Origin: Thermoanaerobaculia bacterium
GTDB taxonomy: Bacteria > Acidobacteriota > Thermoanaerobaculia > UBA5066
NCBI GenBank assembly: GCA_963816185.1
Contig: CAWFJJ010000028.1
Coordinates: 96,001-160,000, forward strand
Length of the DNA: 64,000 nucleotides
Reading direction: 5' to 3'
Shown: positions 18,287-27,056 of the stretch, in pieces
How the letters are laid out: each line of letters opens with the position of its first letter
Numbering within the stretch: position 1 is the first letter of the stretch
Notes under the pieces: generated by a model
What the model was told of the DNA's origin: nothing
Database searches by the model: none
Seen by the model: the letters and a program-made list of their open reading frames with translations, nothing else
Position numbers and translations under genes: made by a program

Positions 18287-20967
18287 GCCTCCCTTCCGGC
18301 TCGCGGCTAGGCCCTTACGAGATCCTCGCCCCCATTGGCGCGGGCGGGATGGGCGAGGTCTACCGGGCCAGGGACCCGCGCCTCGAACGAATGGTCGCCC
18401 TAAAGGTTCTGCCGGAAGAGCTCTTCGAAGACAAAGAAAGGGTCGTGCGCTTCGAGCGGGAGGCAAAGTCGCTCGCCGCGCTGAATCACCCGAACGTCGC
18501 GGCCATCTACTCATTCGAGGAGAGTGGGGGCCGGCACATCCTCGTCATGGAGCTCGTCTCGGGCGAGACGCTGCGCGAGCGCCTGAAGGCTGGAGGACCG
18601 CCCGCCCGGACGACGCTCGATGTCGGCGCGCAGATCGCGCGCGGCCTCGCCGCGGCTCACGAGAAAGGCATCGTTCACCGCGACCTGAAGCCGGAGAACG
18701 TCGTCCTGTCGAAGGACGGCCGCGTCAAGATCCTCGATTTCGGCCTCGCGAAGCTCTCGCCGCGGGTCGGGGCCGAAGAGGACCTCACGTCGGCCGGGAC
18801 GCAGTCGCTCCTCACCGATGCGGGCGCCGTGTTCGGGACGGCGGGCTACATGTCTCCGGAGCAGGTGCGGGGCGAGCCCGTCGACACCCGCTCCGACATA
18901 TTCAGCTTGGGGACGATCCTCTACGAGCTGCTGTCCGGGGAGAACCCGTTCCGGAAAGGCACGTCCGCCGAGACGATGACGGCGATCCTTCTGCAGGAGC
19001 CGCCGCCTCTGTCCGAAGCGCCGGCCCCGCCGCTGCCAGCGCTCGCGGCGATCGTGGCGCGTTGCTTGGAGAAGAAGCGCGAGGCGCGTTTCCAATCCGC
19101 GGCCGATCTGGGGTTCGCGCTGGAGACCTCGTCCGGGTCCTCGTCTCCCGCCGCTACCGGCATTCCGGGCCGCCTGCTCCGTGGTCGTTCTCGTCGGGCG
19201 GTGGCTGGCGCCGTTGCGGCAGGAGTCGCACTCGCCGCGCTTGCGGTGGGGCTCCTGCGAACGCGCACGCCGCAGGTTGCCGCCAGAGGGGCGATTCGGT
19301 TCTCCGTGGCACCTCCGGCGAACGGCGCCTTCGCGTACTGGCTGGAGGCCAGCTTCCTGGCGATGTCGCCCGACGGATCGCAGCTCGCGTACGTGGCCTG
19401 GGACCACGCGGGCGACCTGGGCGGCCGGGCCGCAAGGGTGTTTCCGACAGGGGGACGGCGCGTGTGGCTTCGGCCGCTGTCCACGCTAAAGGCCCGGCCG
19501 CTGGCCGGGACACAGGATGCCTCGTCGGTCTTTTGGTCGCCCGACGGCCATTCGATCGCCTTCTTCGCGGAAGGCAAGCTGAAGCGCCTCGACCTCCCGG
19601 AAGGCTCACCGGTCACGATCTGCGACGTGCCCACCGGCGTCGGCAGGTCGGGAACGTGGGGCCGCAGCGGCGACATTCTCTTCGCCAGCGTCCAGGGCGA
19701 GGCGATCTACCGCCTTTCCGCCTCCGGCGGCGTGCCGGTCGCGGTGCTGAAGTCAGACCCCTCGCGCGGCGAGCTGCGCGTCGCCTGGCCCTGGTTCCTG
19801 CCGGACGGAGAGCGGTTTCTCTATCTCGTCAGGCTTCGCGAGGGTTGGAACCTGATGCTCGCGGAGTCCGGAAAACCGGCGCGTGCTCTCACGGCGATGG
19901 CCTCGAGGGTGCAGTTCGTCGACCCGGGATATCTCGTCTTCGCGCGGGAGGGAGCGCTCCTCGGCCAGCGATTCGACTCGCGAACCGGGCGTCTGGCGGG
20001 CGGTCCCTTCTCGATCGCCGAAAGGGTGCGGCACTTCGTCACGACTGGCGCCGCCTCGTTCGCGACGTCCCTCACCGGCGCGCTCGCCTTTCAGTCGCAG
20101 GACGACGTGCAGCGTCTGGTGTGGTTCGACCGGGCCGGGCGGGACGTCGGGACCGTCGGCGCGCCCGGCGAACTTCTCACGGCCGTGATCGCCCCCGATG
20201 GCAGACAGATCCTGTTCGACCGCTCGCCTCCGGGGATCGGGACGGACGTCTGGTCGTTCGATCTCGAAAGATCCGTGGAGACGCGCGTGACCGTGGGGCC
20301 CGACACCCACTCGATGCCCATGTGGCTTCGCGGCGGCAAGAGCGTCGTCTATTCGACCGGGCGGGGACGTCCGCCGCACCTTTTCCGCCGGGACCTCACG
20401 ACCGGGAAGGAAGAGGAGCTCGCCTTGGGCGGAGGCTTTCAGATGGCACTGGACGTCTCGCCCGACGGCCGGTCGCTCGTGTACGGCGAGCGGACCGACC
20501 GCGGCCCGTTCGACTTCTGGATGCTTCCGCTCTCCGGGCAAGGCAAACCGACAGCTCTGCTGCAGTCGCCGTTCAACAAGGACCAGGCGCGTTTTTCGCC
20601 CGACGGCCGCTTCATCGCGTTCATCTCCGACGAGTCCGGAAAGCCCGAGATCTACGTGATGCCCTGTCCGGGGCCGGGCGAGAGGATCCGCATCTCGACC
20701 GGAGGGGCACGGCTCCTGCGCTGGAGCCGCGAGGGCGAGCTTCTCTATCTTTCCAGTGACCTGCGGATGACGTCGGTGCCGGTCCGGACATCTCCTTCAC
20801 TCCAGATCGGCGCTCCGAGGACGCTCTTCGCGCTGAAGGGAGAGCCCTGGGTAAGCTTCGATGTTTCGCCCGACGGGAAGCGATTCCTCGCCATCGTGCC
20901 GGAGGTCGTGGTGGATCAGCTTCCGCTCACGGTCGTCGTGAACTGGCCGTCCGACGTGGAGAAGTAA
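18283..20967 (+). CDS. Hanks Ser/Thr kinase with TM helix and TolB/PD40 beta-propeller
   Basis: GAGGMGEVY, HRDLKPEN, DFG and YMSPEQ motifs; repeated SPDG motifs. ATGA overlap with the vapC stop. Confidence 0.93.
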   Translation: MSLPSGSRLGPYEILAPIGAGGMGEVYRARDPRLERMVALKVLPEELFEDKERVVRFEREAKSLAALNHPNVAAIYSFEESGGRHILVMELVSGETLRERLKAGGPPARTTLDVGAQIARGLAAAHEKGIVHRDLKPENVVLSKDGRVKILDFGLAKLSPRVGAEEDLTSAGTQSLLTDAGAVFGTAGYMSPEQVRGEPVDTRSDIFSLGTILYELLSGENPFRKGTSAETMTAILLQEPPPLSEAPAPPLPALAAIVARCLEKKREARFQSAADLGFALETSSGSSSPAATGIPGRLLRGRSRRAVAGAVAAGVALAALAVGLLRTRTPQVAARGAIRFSVAPPANGAFAYWLEASFLAMSPDGSQLAYVAWDHAGDLGGRAARVFPTGGRRVWLRPLSTLKARPLAGTQDASSVFWSPDGHSIAFFAEGKLKRLDLPEGSPVTICDVPTGVGRSGTWGRSGDILFASVQGEAIYRLSASGGVPVAVLKSDPSRGELRVAWPWFLPDGERFLYLVRLREGWNLMLAESGKPARALTAMASRVQFVDPGYLVFAREGALLGQRFDSRTGRLAGGPFSIAERVRHFVTTGAASFATSLTGALAFQSQDDVQRLVWFDRAGRDVGTVGAPGELLTAVIAPDGRQILFDRSPPGIGTDVWSFDLERSVETRVTVGPDTHSMPMWLRGGKSVVYSTGRGRPPHLFRRDLTTGKEEELALGGGFQMALDVSPDGRSLVYGERTDRGPFDFWMLPLSGQGKPTALLQSPFNKDQARFSPDGRFIAFISDESGKPEIYVMPCPGPGERIRISTGGARLLRWSREGELLYLSSDLRMTSVPVRTSPSLQIGAPRTLFALKGEPWVSFDVSPDGKRFLAIVPEVVVDQLPLTVVVNWPSDVEK

Positions 20968-20988
20968 CCCTTCGTTTATCCTCCGGCC

Positions 20989-23070
20989 GTGCTGTACAGG
21001 CTCGAAAACGTCCGCAAGAGCTTCGGGACGAAGGACGTCCTTCTGGACGCCACGTGGCAGCACGATCCGGGGCGGATCGTGGGCCTCGTGGGGCGGAACG
21101 GCGCCGGCAAGTCGACCGTCCTGAAGATCGTCCAGGGGCTCGTGGAGCCCGACGGTGGCAAGCTGCACGTCGCGGGCGGAACTACGTTCGCGTCGCTCGA
21201 CCAGGCGGTCGAGCCCGAAGGCGACGAGCCGCTTCGGGCATTCGTGGCGCGCGCCCAGGAGCCGCTTCTCGCGCTGGAGCGCGAGATGCGCCGCCTCGAG
21301 GAGGCGATCGCCACGCACGGCGCCGACGGCGACCGCGGGGCGCTCGACGCGCTCCTGGCCGAGCACGACGACGTGCGCGAGCACTTCGAAAGAGCGGGCG
21401 GTTACGAGGCGGACGCGCGCGTGGACCGGGTGCTGATGGGCGTCGGGCTCGCGCGCGCGCTCTGGGAGAGGCCCGTGGGCGAGCTGTCGGGCGGGCAGAA
21501 ACATCGCGCGCAGATCGCCCGGCTCCTCCTGACGGACGCCTCGGTTCTCCTCCTCGACGAGCCCACGAACCATCTCGACGTCGACGGAATCGAGTTCCTC
21601 GAGACCTGGATCGTGGAGCGGAAGGCGAACGCCGGCCTCTCGGCGCTCGTCGTCTCCCACGACCGCCGCCTTCTCGATGCCGTCGCGGACCGGATCGTCG
21701 AGGTCGCGCACGGCCGTCTCGAAGACTACCCGGGCGACTACGCTACCTACCGCAAGCTCAAGGCCGAGCGCGAGCGTCTCCGCGCGAAGGAGGCCGAGAA
21801 GCAGCGGCAGATGATCGAGCGGACCGAAGAGTTCATCCGCCGGAACATCGCCGGCCAGAAGACGAAGCAGGCGCGCTCGCGGCGCACGATGCTCGCGCGG
21901 ATCGAGCGAATCGAGGCGCCGCGGGAGGATGCGAACGAGGTCTCGATCCGGTTCGAGGAGGCGCGCATCTCCGGAGGGCGCGTGCTCGAGGCGAAGAAGG
22001 TCGTGCCCGGCTACCGGGAGACGGGACCGCTTCTTCAGCCCGTGTCGTTCCTCCTCCGCCGCGGGGACCGCCTCGCGCTCTGGGGCCCGAACGGCTGCGG
22101 CAAGACCACGCTTCTGAAGACGCTCGCGCGCGTACTCCCTCCGATCTCCGGCTCGGCCGTGCCGGGTACCGGAGTCCTCACCGGCTACTACGACCAGGAG
22201 ATGGGCGACCTTCCGGTCGAGGCGACGGCGCTCGACGCGGTGATGGATCTCGATCCCACGATGAAGGAAAGCGAGGCACGCGATTTCCTCGCGCTCTTCG
22301 ATTTCCGCGGCGACGAGGTCTTCCAGCGAATCGCGACTCTCTCGGGCGGCGAGAAAGGGCGCCTCTCGCTCGCACGCATCGTCTTCGGCGGCGCGAACTT
22401 CCTCCTGCTGGACGAGCCCACGAACCACCTCGACCTCGACGCCCGCGAGCAGCTCGAGGACGCGCTGGAGGCTTTCGAGGGCGCGATCATCTTCGTAAGC
22501 CACGACCGCTGGTTCGTGGACCGCATCGCGACGGAGATTCTCGAGATCGCGCCCGGAGGCGCGGTCGAGCTGCACCCGGGCAACTATTCGGATCTCGTGA
22601 AGAGGAAGAAGGAAATTCTTGCTCCCTCGCGGGACGACTCGGCGGAGCGCGGCGACCTACGGTGGGGCTCGGGAAACGCTGTTTCTTCTTCGAAGGGGAA
22701 GAGAGACAAAGATTCTTCGAAGGGCAAGACCGGTCGCGGCGCACCCCGCACCGCTGGAGCGCAGCCCGCTGCTTCCGCTGGACACACACCTTCTAAGAAA
22801 TCCTCGTCTTCTTCCGACCGCGCCGCCGAACGGCGGCGCGCAAAGAACGAGAGAATCCTCGCCGTGCTGGAAGAGGAGATTGCGCGTCTCGAGGAGGAGA
22901 TCCGCTCGCTCGATCTTTCCCTCGCGAACCCCGACGTCTTCCGCGACGGGGACAAGGTCCGGCAGGTGAAGTCCGCTCGCGAGCAGGCTCGCAGGACCCT
23001 CGAGGCGAAGCTGTGGGATTGGGAGGAGACCTCCCGCAAGCTTCAGACGAGCGCCGAGGTCCCGGCGTGA
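20989..23070 (+). CDS. ABC-F family ATPase
   Basis: Two ABC cassettes (GRNGAGKST, LSGGQ, DEPTNHLD; GPNGCGKTT, LSGGE), no TM helices, and a C-terminal coiled coil. Confidence 0.94.
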   Translation: MLYRLENVRKSFGTKDVLLDATWQHDPGRIVGLVGRNGAGKSTVLKIVQGLVEPDGGKLHVAGGTTFASLDQAVEPEGDEPLRAFVARAQEPLLALEREMRRLEEAIATHGADGDRGALDALLAEHDDVREHFERAGGYEADARVDRVLMGVGLARALWERPVGELSGGQKHRAQIARLLLTDASVLLLDEPTNHLDVDGIEFLETWIVERKANAGLSALVVSHDRRLLDAVADRIVEVAHGRLEDYPGDYATYRKLKAERERLRAKEAEKQRQMIERTEEFIRRNIAGQKTKQARSRRTMLARIERIEAPREDANEVSIRFEEARISGGRVLEAKKVVPGYRETGPLLQPVSFLLRRGDRLALWGPNGCGKTTLLKTLARVLPPISGSAVPGTGVLTGYYDQEMGDLPVEATALDAVMDLDPTMKESEARDFLALFDFRGDEVFQRIATLSGGEKGRLSLARIVFGGANFLLLDEPTNHLDLDAREQLEDALEAFEGAIIFVSHDRWFVDRIATEILEIAPGGAVELHPGNYSDLVKRKKEILAPSRDDSAERGDLRWGSGNAVSSSKGKRDKDSSKGKTGRGAPRTAGAQPAASAGHTPSKKSSSSSDRAAERRRAKNERILAVLEEEIARLEEEIRSLDLSLANPDVFRDGDKVRQVKSAREQARRTLEAKLWDWEETSRKLQTSAEVPA
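22697..22815. repeat. Dispersed inverted-repeat element, copy E (ABC-F linker)
   Basis: GATTCTTCGAAGG at 22711-22723 and CCTTCTAAGAAATC at 22789-22802. Confidence 0.75.
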
Positions 23071-24347
23071 GCGCGGATTCGACGCCGCGCCCCGGCACGG
23101 CCTCGATCCTGGCCGTCGGCAGCGAGCTGCTCGGCACGGCGCGTCTCGACACGAACTCGCTGTACCTCACGAGCCGGCTCGACGCCCTCGGGATCTCCGT
23201 CGTGCGGAAGACTTGCGTCGGCGACGAGTGGGCCGACCTTCTCGCCGAGATCCGCCTCGCGCTGGAGCGCGCCCCGCTCCTCGTCGTGACGGGCGGGCTC
23301 GGGCCGACGGACGACGACCGCACGAAGGAAGCCGTCGCGAAGGTGCTGGGCCGCGCCCTCGTGCGCGACGAGGAGATCCTCCTGCGCCTCAAGGAGCGCT
23401 TCCGCCGGCGCGGCCTCGAGATGCCGAAGGTGAACGAGAAGCAGGCCGACGTCATCGAGGGCGCCGTCGTCCTTCAGAACCAACGCGGGTCCGCTCCGGG
23501 CTTTCTCGTGGCGGCGGGATCCTCGACCGCCGTCCTCCTGCCCGGCGTTCCGCTCGAGATGAAGGCGATGTGGGCCGATGCCGTCGAGCCCCTTCTCGGG
23601 CGGGGCGCGGCGGCCGGCGTGCATCGGCGCACTCTGAAGATCGCGGCGATGGCGGAGAGCCTCGTGGAAACGCTCGTCAAGCCCGTCTACGCGGCTTATC
23701 CCGACGTCCCTTTCACGATTCTGGCCGCGCCCGGCGAAGTGCAGCTCCAGTTCGCGGCGCGCGGAACTCTCGAAGAGGCGTCGCATGTCCTCGACCGCAT
23801 CGAGGCCGACTTCCACAAGGCGCTGTCGGGCGAGATCTTCGGCCGCGACGACGACACGCTCGAAGGAGTCGCGGGCGACCTCCTCCGCGCGAAGGGCCAG
23901 ACGCTCGCGCTCGCGGAGTCGTGCACCGGAGGCCAGCTCGCGGGGCGCGTCACGGACGTCCCTGGCTCGTCGGATTACTTCCTCGGCGCCGCCGTGACGT
24001 ACGCGAATGCCGCGAAAACCGACCTCGTCGGCGTCTCGGCGGCCACGCTCGAGCGGCATGGGGCCGTCTCGGAGGAGACCGCGCGCGAGATGGCGCTCGG
24101 CGCGCGCAAGAGATTCGGCGCCACGATCGGCCTCGCGACGACGGGCATCGCGGGGCCCGGCGGCGGCACGCCGGAGAAGCCGGTCGGCACCGTTCACGTC
24201 GCGCTCGACGCGGCAGACGGAACGCGACTCCACAGGAAGCTTCTCCTGCCGGGCGAACGCTCGCTCATCCGGCGCTGGACGACCTCGACCGCGCTCGGAA
24301 TGCTGCGCAAGCACCTCCTCGGCCTCGCCGGCGGAGGTCGCCGGTGA
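23067..24347 (+). CDS. cinA: CinA (MocF-like domain + NMN deamidase PncC domain)
   Basis: VGSELL, DTNS, GGLGPTDDDRT, AESCTGG and TGIAGPGGG motifs. Confidence 0.94.
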   Translation: MSADSTPRPGTASILAVGSELLGTARLDTNSLYLTSRLDALGISVVRKTCVGDEWADLLAEIRLALERAPLLVVTGGLGPTDDDRTKEAVAKVLGRALVRDEEILLRLKERFRRRGLEMPKVNEKQADVIEGAVVLQNQRGSAPGFLVAAGSSTAVLLPGVPLEMKAMWADAVEPLLGRGAAAGVHRRTLKIAAMAESLVETLVKPVYAAYPDVPFTILAAPGEVQLQFAARGTLEEASHVLDRIEADFHKALSGEIFGRDDDTLEGVAGDLLRAKGQTLALAESCTGGQLAGRVTDVPGSSDYFLGAAVTYANAAKTDLVGVSAATLERHGAVSEETAREMALGARKRFGATIGLATTGIAGPGGGTPEKPVGTVHVALDAADGTRLHRKLLLPGERSLIRRWTTSTALGMLRKHLLGLAGGGRR

Positions 24348-24943
24348 CGCGCGAGATCGTTTCCCTCGTCGCGGCTTACCTGCTTGGATCGATCTCCTTC
24401 GCGATCATCCTCGTCCGCGTGTTTCGCGGCGTGGACGTCAGGCACGAGGGCTCGGGCAACGCGGGCGCCACGAACGTGCTCCGCACGTCGGGGAAGCGGC
24501 TCGCGACGCTGACGATGCTTCTCGACGTCGGGAAGGGCGCCGCCGCGGTGCTCTTGATGCAGTCCGCCACGTACGATCCGCGCTGGCTCGGGGCGGCTGC
24601 GTGCGCCGCCGTGCTCGGGCACGTTTTCCCGATCTGGTTCGGGCTCCGCGGAGGCAAGGGCGTCGCGACGGCGATCGGAGGGTTTTCCGTTCTGTGCCCG
24701 CTCGCGGTGCTCGCGGTCGTGGCGGTCTTCGCCGCCGTAGTCGCCGCGACGCGCTTCGTGTCGCTCGGCTCGATCACGGCGGCCTGCCTGCTGCCGCTCT
24801 CGATGCGGCTGTTGTTCCACGCGCCCGATCCGGAAGTCGCGGCCGCCTCGGCCGTCACGATTCTCCTCATCATCTCGCATCGCGCGAACATCCGGCGGCT
24901 TCTCGAGGGAACCGAGCAGCGCCTCGGACGGAGGGAACGATGA
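24344..24943 (+). CDS. plsY: Glycerol-3-phosphate acyltransferase
   Basis: YLLGSI, GSGNAGATN, GHVFP...GGKGVAT and HRANIRRL motifs. Confidence 0.95.
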   Translation: MTREIVSLVAAYLLGSISFAIILVRVFRGVDVRHEGSGNAGATNVLRTSGKRLATLTMLLDVGKGAAAVLLMQSATYDPRWLGAAACAAVLGHVFPIWFGLRGGKGVATAIGGFSVLCPLAVLAVVAVFAAVVAATRFVSLGSITAACLLPLSMRLLFHAPDPEVAAASAVTILLIISHRANIRRLLEGTEQRLGRRER

Positions 24944-25938
24944 CCCGGCTCGCGATCGTCGGGACCGGCGCCTGGGGCACCGCGCTCGCCATCCACGGTG
25001 CGAACAAGGGCCTCGACGTGGCGCTTCTCGGCCGCCGTCCGGAGGTCGTCGAGCGGCTCCGGGCGACGCGCGCTCATCCGGCGCTCTTGGGCGCTCCGCC
25101 GATTCCGCCCCGGGTGTCGATCACAGCCGACGCGCGCGAGGCGTTCTCGGGTGTCTCCGCCGTGCTCTGGTCGGTCTCCGTTCAGGCCACGGCGGCGGAG
25201 CTCGAGCGGCTCGCGCCGCTTTTTCCGCCCGTGCCTCTCGTGGCGACCTCCAAGGGACTCGAGATCGGCTCGCGTCGCCGCACGACCGAGATCATGTCGT
25301 TCGTGACGGGGCGAAAGGACGGCCTCGCCGCGCTGTCGGGCCCGACGTTCGCGGCGGAGGTCGCCCGCGGCCTTCCGGCGGCGGCCGTCGTCGCGAGCGC
25401 GGATCCGGAAGTCGCCGCGAAGCTGCAGGAGCTCCTGTCTTCTCCCACCCTGCGCCTGTATCGCTCGGCGGACGTGCTGGGCGTCGAGATCGCGGGAGCC
25501 GCGAAGAACGTCGTGGCGATCGCGGCCGGCCTCGTGGACGGCCTTCGCCTCGGGCACAACACGCGCGCGGCGCTCCTCACGCGGGCGCTCGCCGAGATCC
25601 GGCGGCTCGGCACGCGCATCGGCGGAAGCCCCGAGACGTTTTCGGGCCTCGCGGGCGCGGGTGACCTCATCCTCACCGCGACGGGCGATCTCTCGCGCAA
25701 CCGGCGCGTCGGGCTTGCGCTCGCGTCCGGAAAGTCGCTCTCGGAGGCCGTGGCCGCGCTCTCGGGTGAGGTGGCGGAGGGTGTCGCGACGTCGCCCGTC
25801 CTGCTCGAGCTCTCGGAAAAGGCGGCCGTCGAGATGCCGATCGCCGCGATGGTCGCGTCGATTCTCTCCGGTCAGACGTCGCCCACGGACGCCGTGCGCA
25901 ATCTCATGACGCGCGCGCTCAAAGAGGAGAAGGTCTGA
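24940..25938 (+). CDS. gpsA: NAD(P)H-dependent glycerol-3-phosphate dehydrogenase
   Basis: GTGAWGTALA, SKGLE, SGPTFA, KNVVAIAAG and GDLILT...SRN motifs. Confidence 0.95.
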   Translation: MTRLAIVGTGAWGTALAIHGANKGLDVALLGRRPEVVERLRATRAHPALLGAPPIPPRVSITADAREAFSGVSAVLWSVSVQATAAELERLAPLFPPVPLVATSKGLEIGSRRRTTEIMSFVTGRKDGLAALSGPTFAAEVARGLPAAAVVASADPEVAAKLQELLSSPTLRLYRSADVLGVEIAGAAKNVVAIAAGLVDGLRLGHNTRAALLTRALAEIRRLGTRIGGSPETFSGLAGAGDLILTATGDLSRNRRVGLALASGKSLSEAVAALSGEVAEGVATSPVLLELSEKAAVEMPIAAMVASILSGQTSPTDAVRNLMTRALKEEKV

Positions 25939-26972
25939 GCGAGGATTCGGCTCCCGCGGCCGTCCGCGTACCGGTTCCCGGCTCGCAGATCGTCGTTCCT
26001 CCGGGGCTCGGGCTCTCCTACGCCCGGGTGAACGCGCCCGGCGAAGAACCTCCTCCGGAGACGGGCCTCGTGGACGTGGCTGTTCTCGACATGCACCACG
26101 GCTACGCGAATCTCGGGCACGCGTCGATCGTGGAGAGCCTCCTCAACTACGCTCACGACGCGCGGCAGCGCCGCCCCGGCGCGCCGGCGGTTCGCGTCAT
26201 CAGCTACGACGTGCGCCGGGGTCTCGCCGTGCCGGCCTTTCCCGCGCGATTCCCGCTCGTGGTCGGCTCGGGCGGCCCCGGCGCGCTCGACCCACGCGAC
26301 AACGACGGCGCGTCGGCCGCTTCGCAGGGCGTCCTCGAGAAGCCCGAATGGGAAGCCCCTCTCTTCCGTTTCTTCGACGGCGTGCTCGCGAGCCCGGGTA
26401 CCGCGATGCTCGGCATCTGTCATTCCTTCGGCGTTCTCGCACGGTGGGCCGGAGTCGCCCGCGCGGTCCTGCGGGGGCCGGAGAGGGGAGGCAAGAGTGC
26501 CGGCGTCGTCACGAACGTCCTCACGGACGACGCCTGGGCCCACCCTTTTTTCGGCGACTACTTTGCCGAGAACGGCGGCCCCCAGGTCAAGGTGCTCGAC
26601 AGCCGGCTCTTCGACCTTCTTCCGACGGGCTCGGGCACGGCGCGGCCGCTTGGCTTCGACAGTGACGGCCCGGGGACGGGACGCGGCGAAGCCGTGACAA
26701 TGTTCGAGTTCGCACGCATGGCGGGCGGCAGCGTCCCGCGCATCTGGGGCGTGAACCACCATCCCGAGATCGGCGACGTAGGCCTCCAGCGCGAGCGACT
26801 CGAACGGCTGAGGGAGAACGGCGGCGTCTCCCGGGAGTGGTATCAGGAGCGTCTCTCGGCCCTCGCCGCGTGGAACGCGTCCGCCGCGACGGAGCAGGGC
26901 CTCCAGCGCACGACACGCTGGACGTTCGAGCTACCGCTGCGCTGCCACCTCGAGCGCGCACTGGAGTGGTAG
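25935..26972 (+). CDS. Class I glutamine-amidotransferase-like protein
   Basis: SGGPG, LGICHSF (nucleophile Cys) and NHHPE (His-x-Glu). The frame is open from CTG 25935; the first canonical start is GTG 26028. Confidence 0.7.
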   Translation: MSEDSAPAAVRVPVPGSQIVVPPGLGLSYARVNAPGEEPPPETGLVDVAVLDMHHGYANLGHASIVESLLNYAHDARQRRPGAPAVRVISYDVRRGLAVPAFPARFPLVVGSGGPGALDPRDNDGASAASQGVLEKPEWEAPLFRFFDGVLASPGTAMLGICHSFGVLARWAGVARAVLRGPERGGKSAGVVTNVLTDDAWAHPFFGDYFAENGGPQVKVLDSRLFDLLPTGSGTARPLGFDSDGPGTGRGEAVTMFEFARMAGGSVPRIWGVNHHPEIGDVGLQRERLERLRENGGVSREWYQERLSALAAWNASAATEQGLQRTTRWTFELPLRCHLERALEW

Positions 26973-27056
26973 GGCCTGGTGCTTATTAGCGAAGCGAGTC
27001 CGTTGCCCATCATCCTTCGCCGTTAGTGCGCCGTTGACGCCTACACTTCAGGGTGG

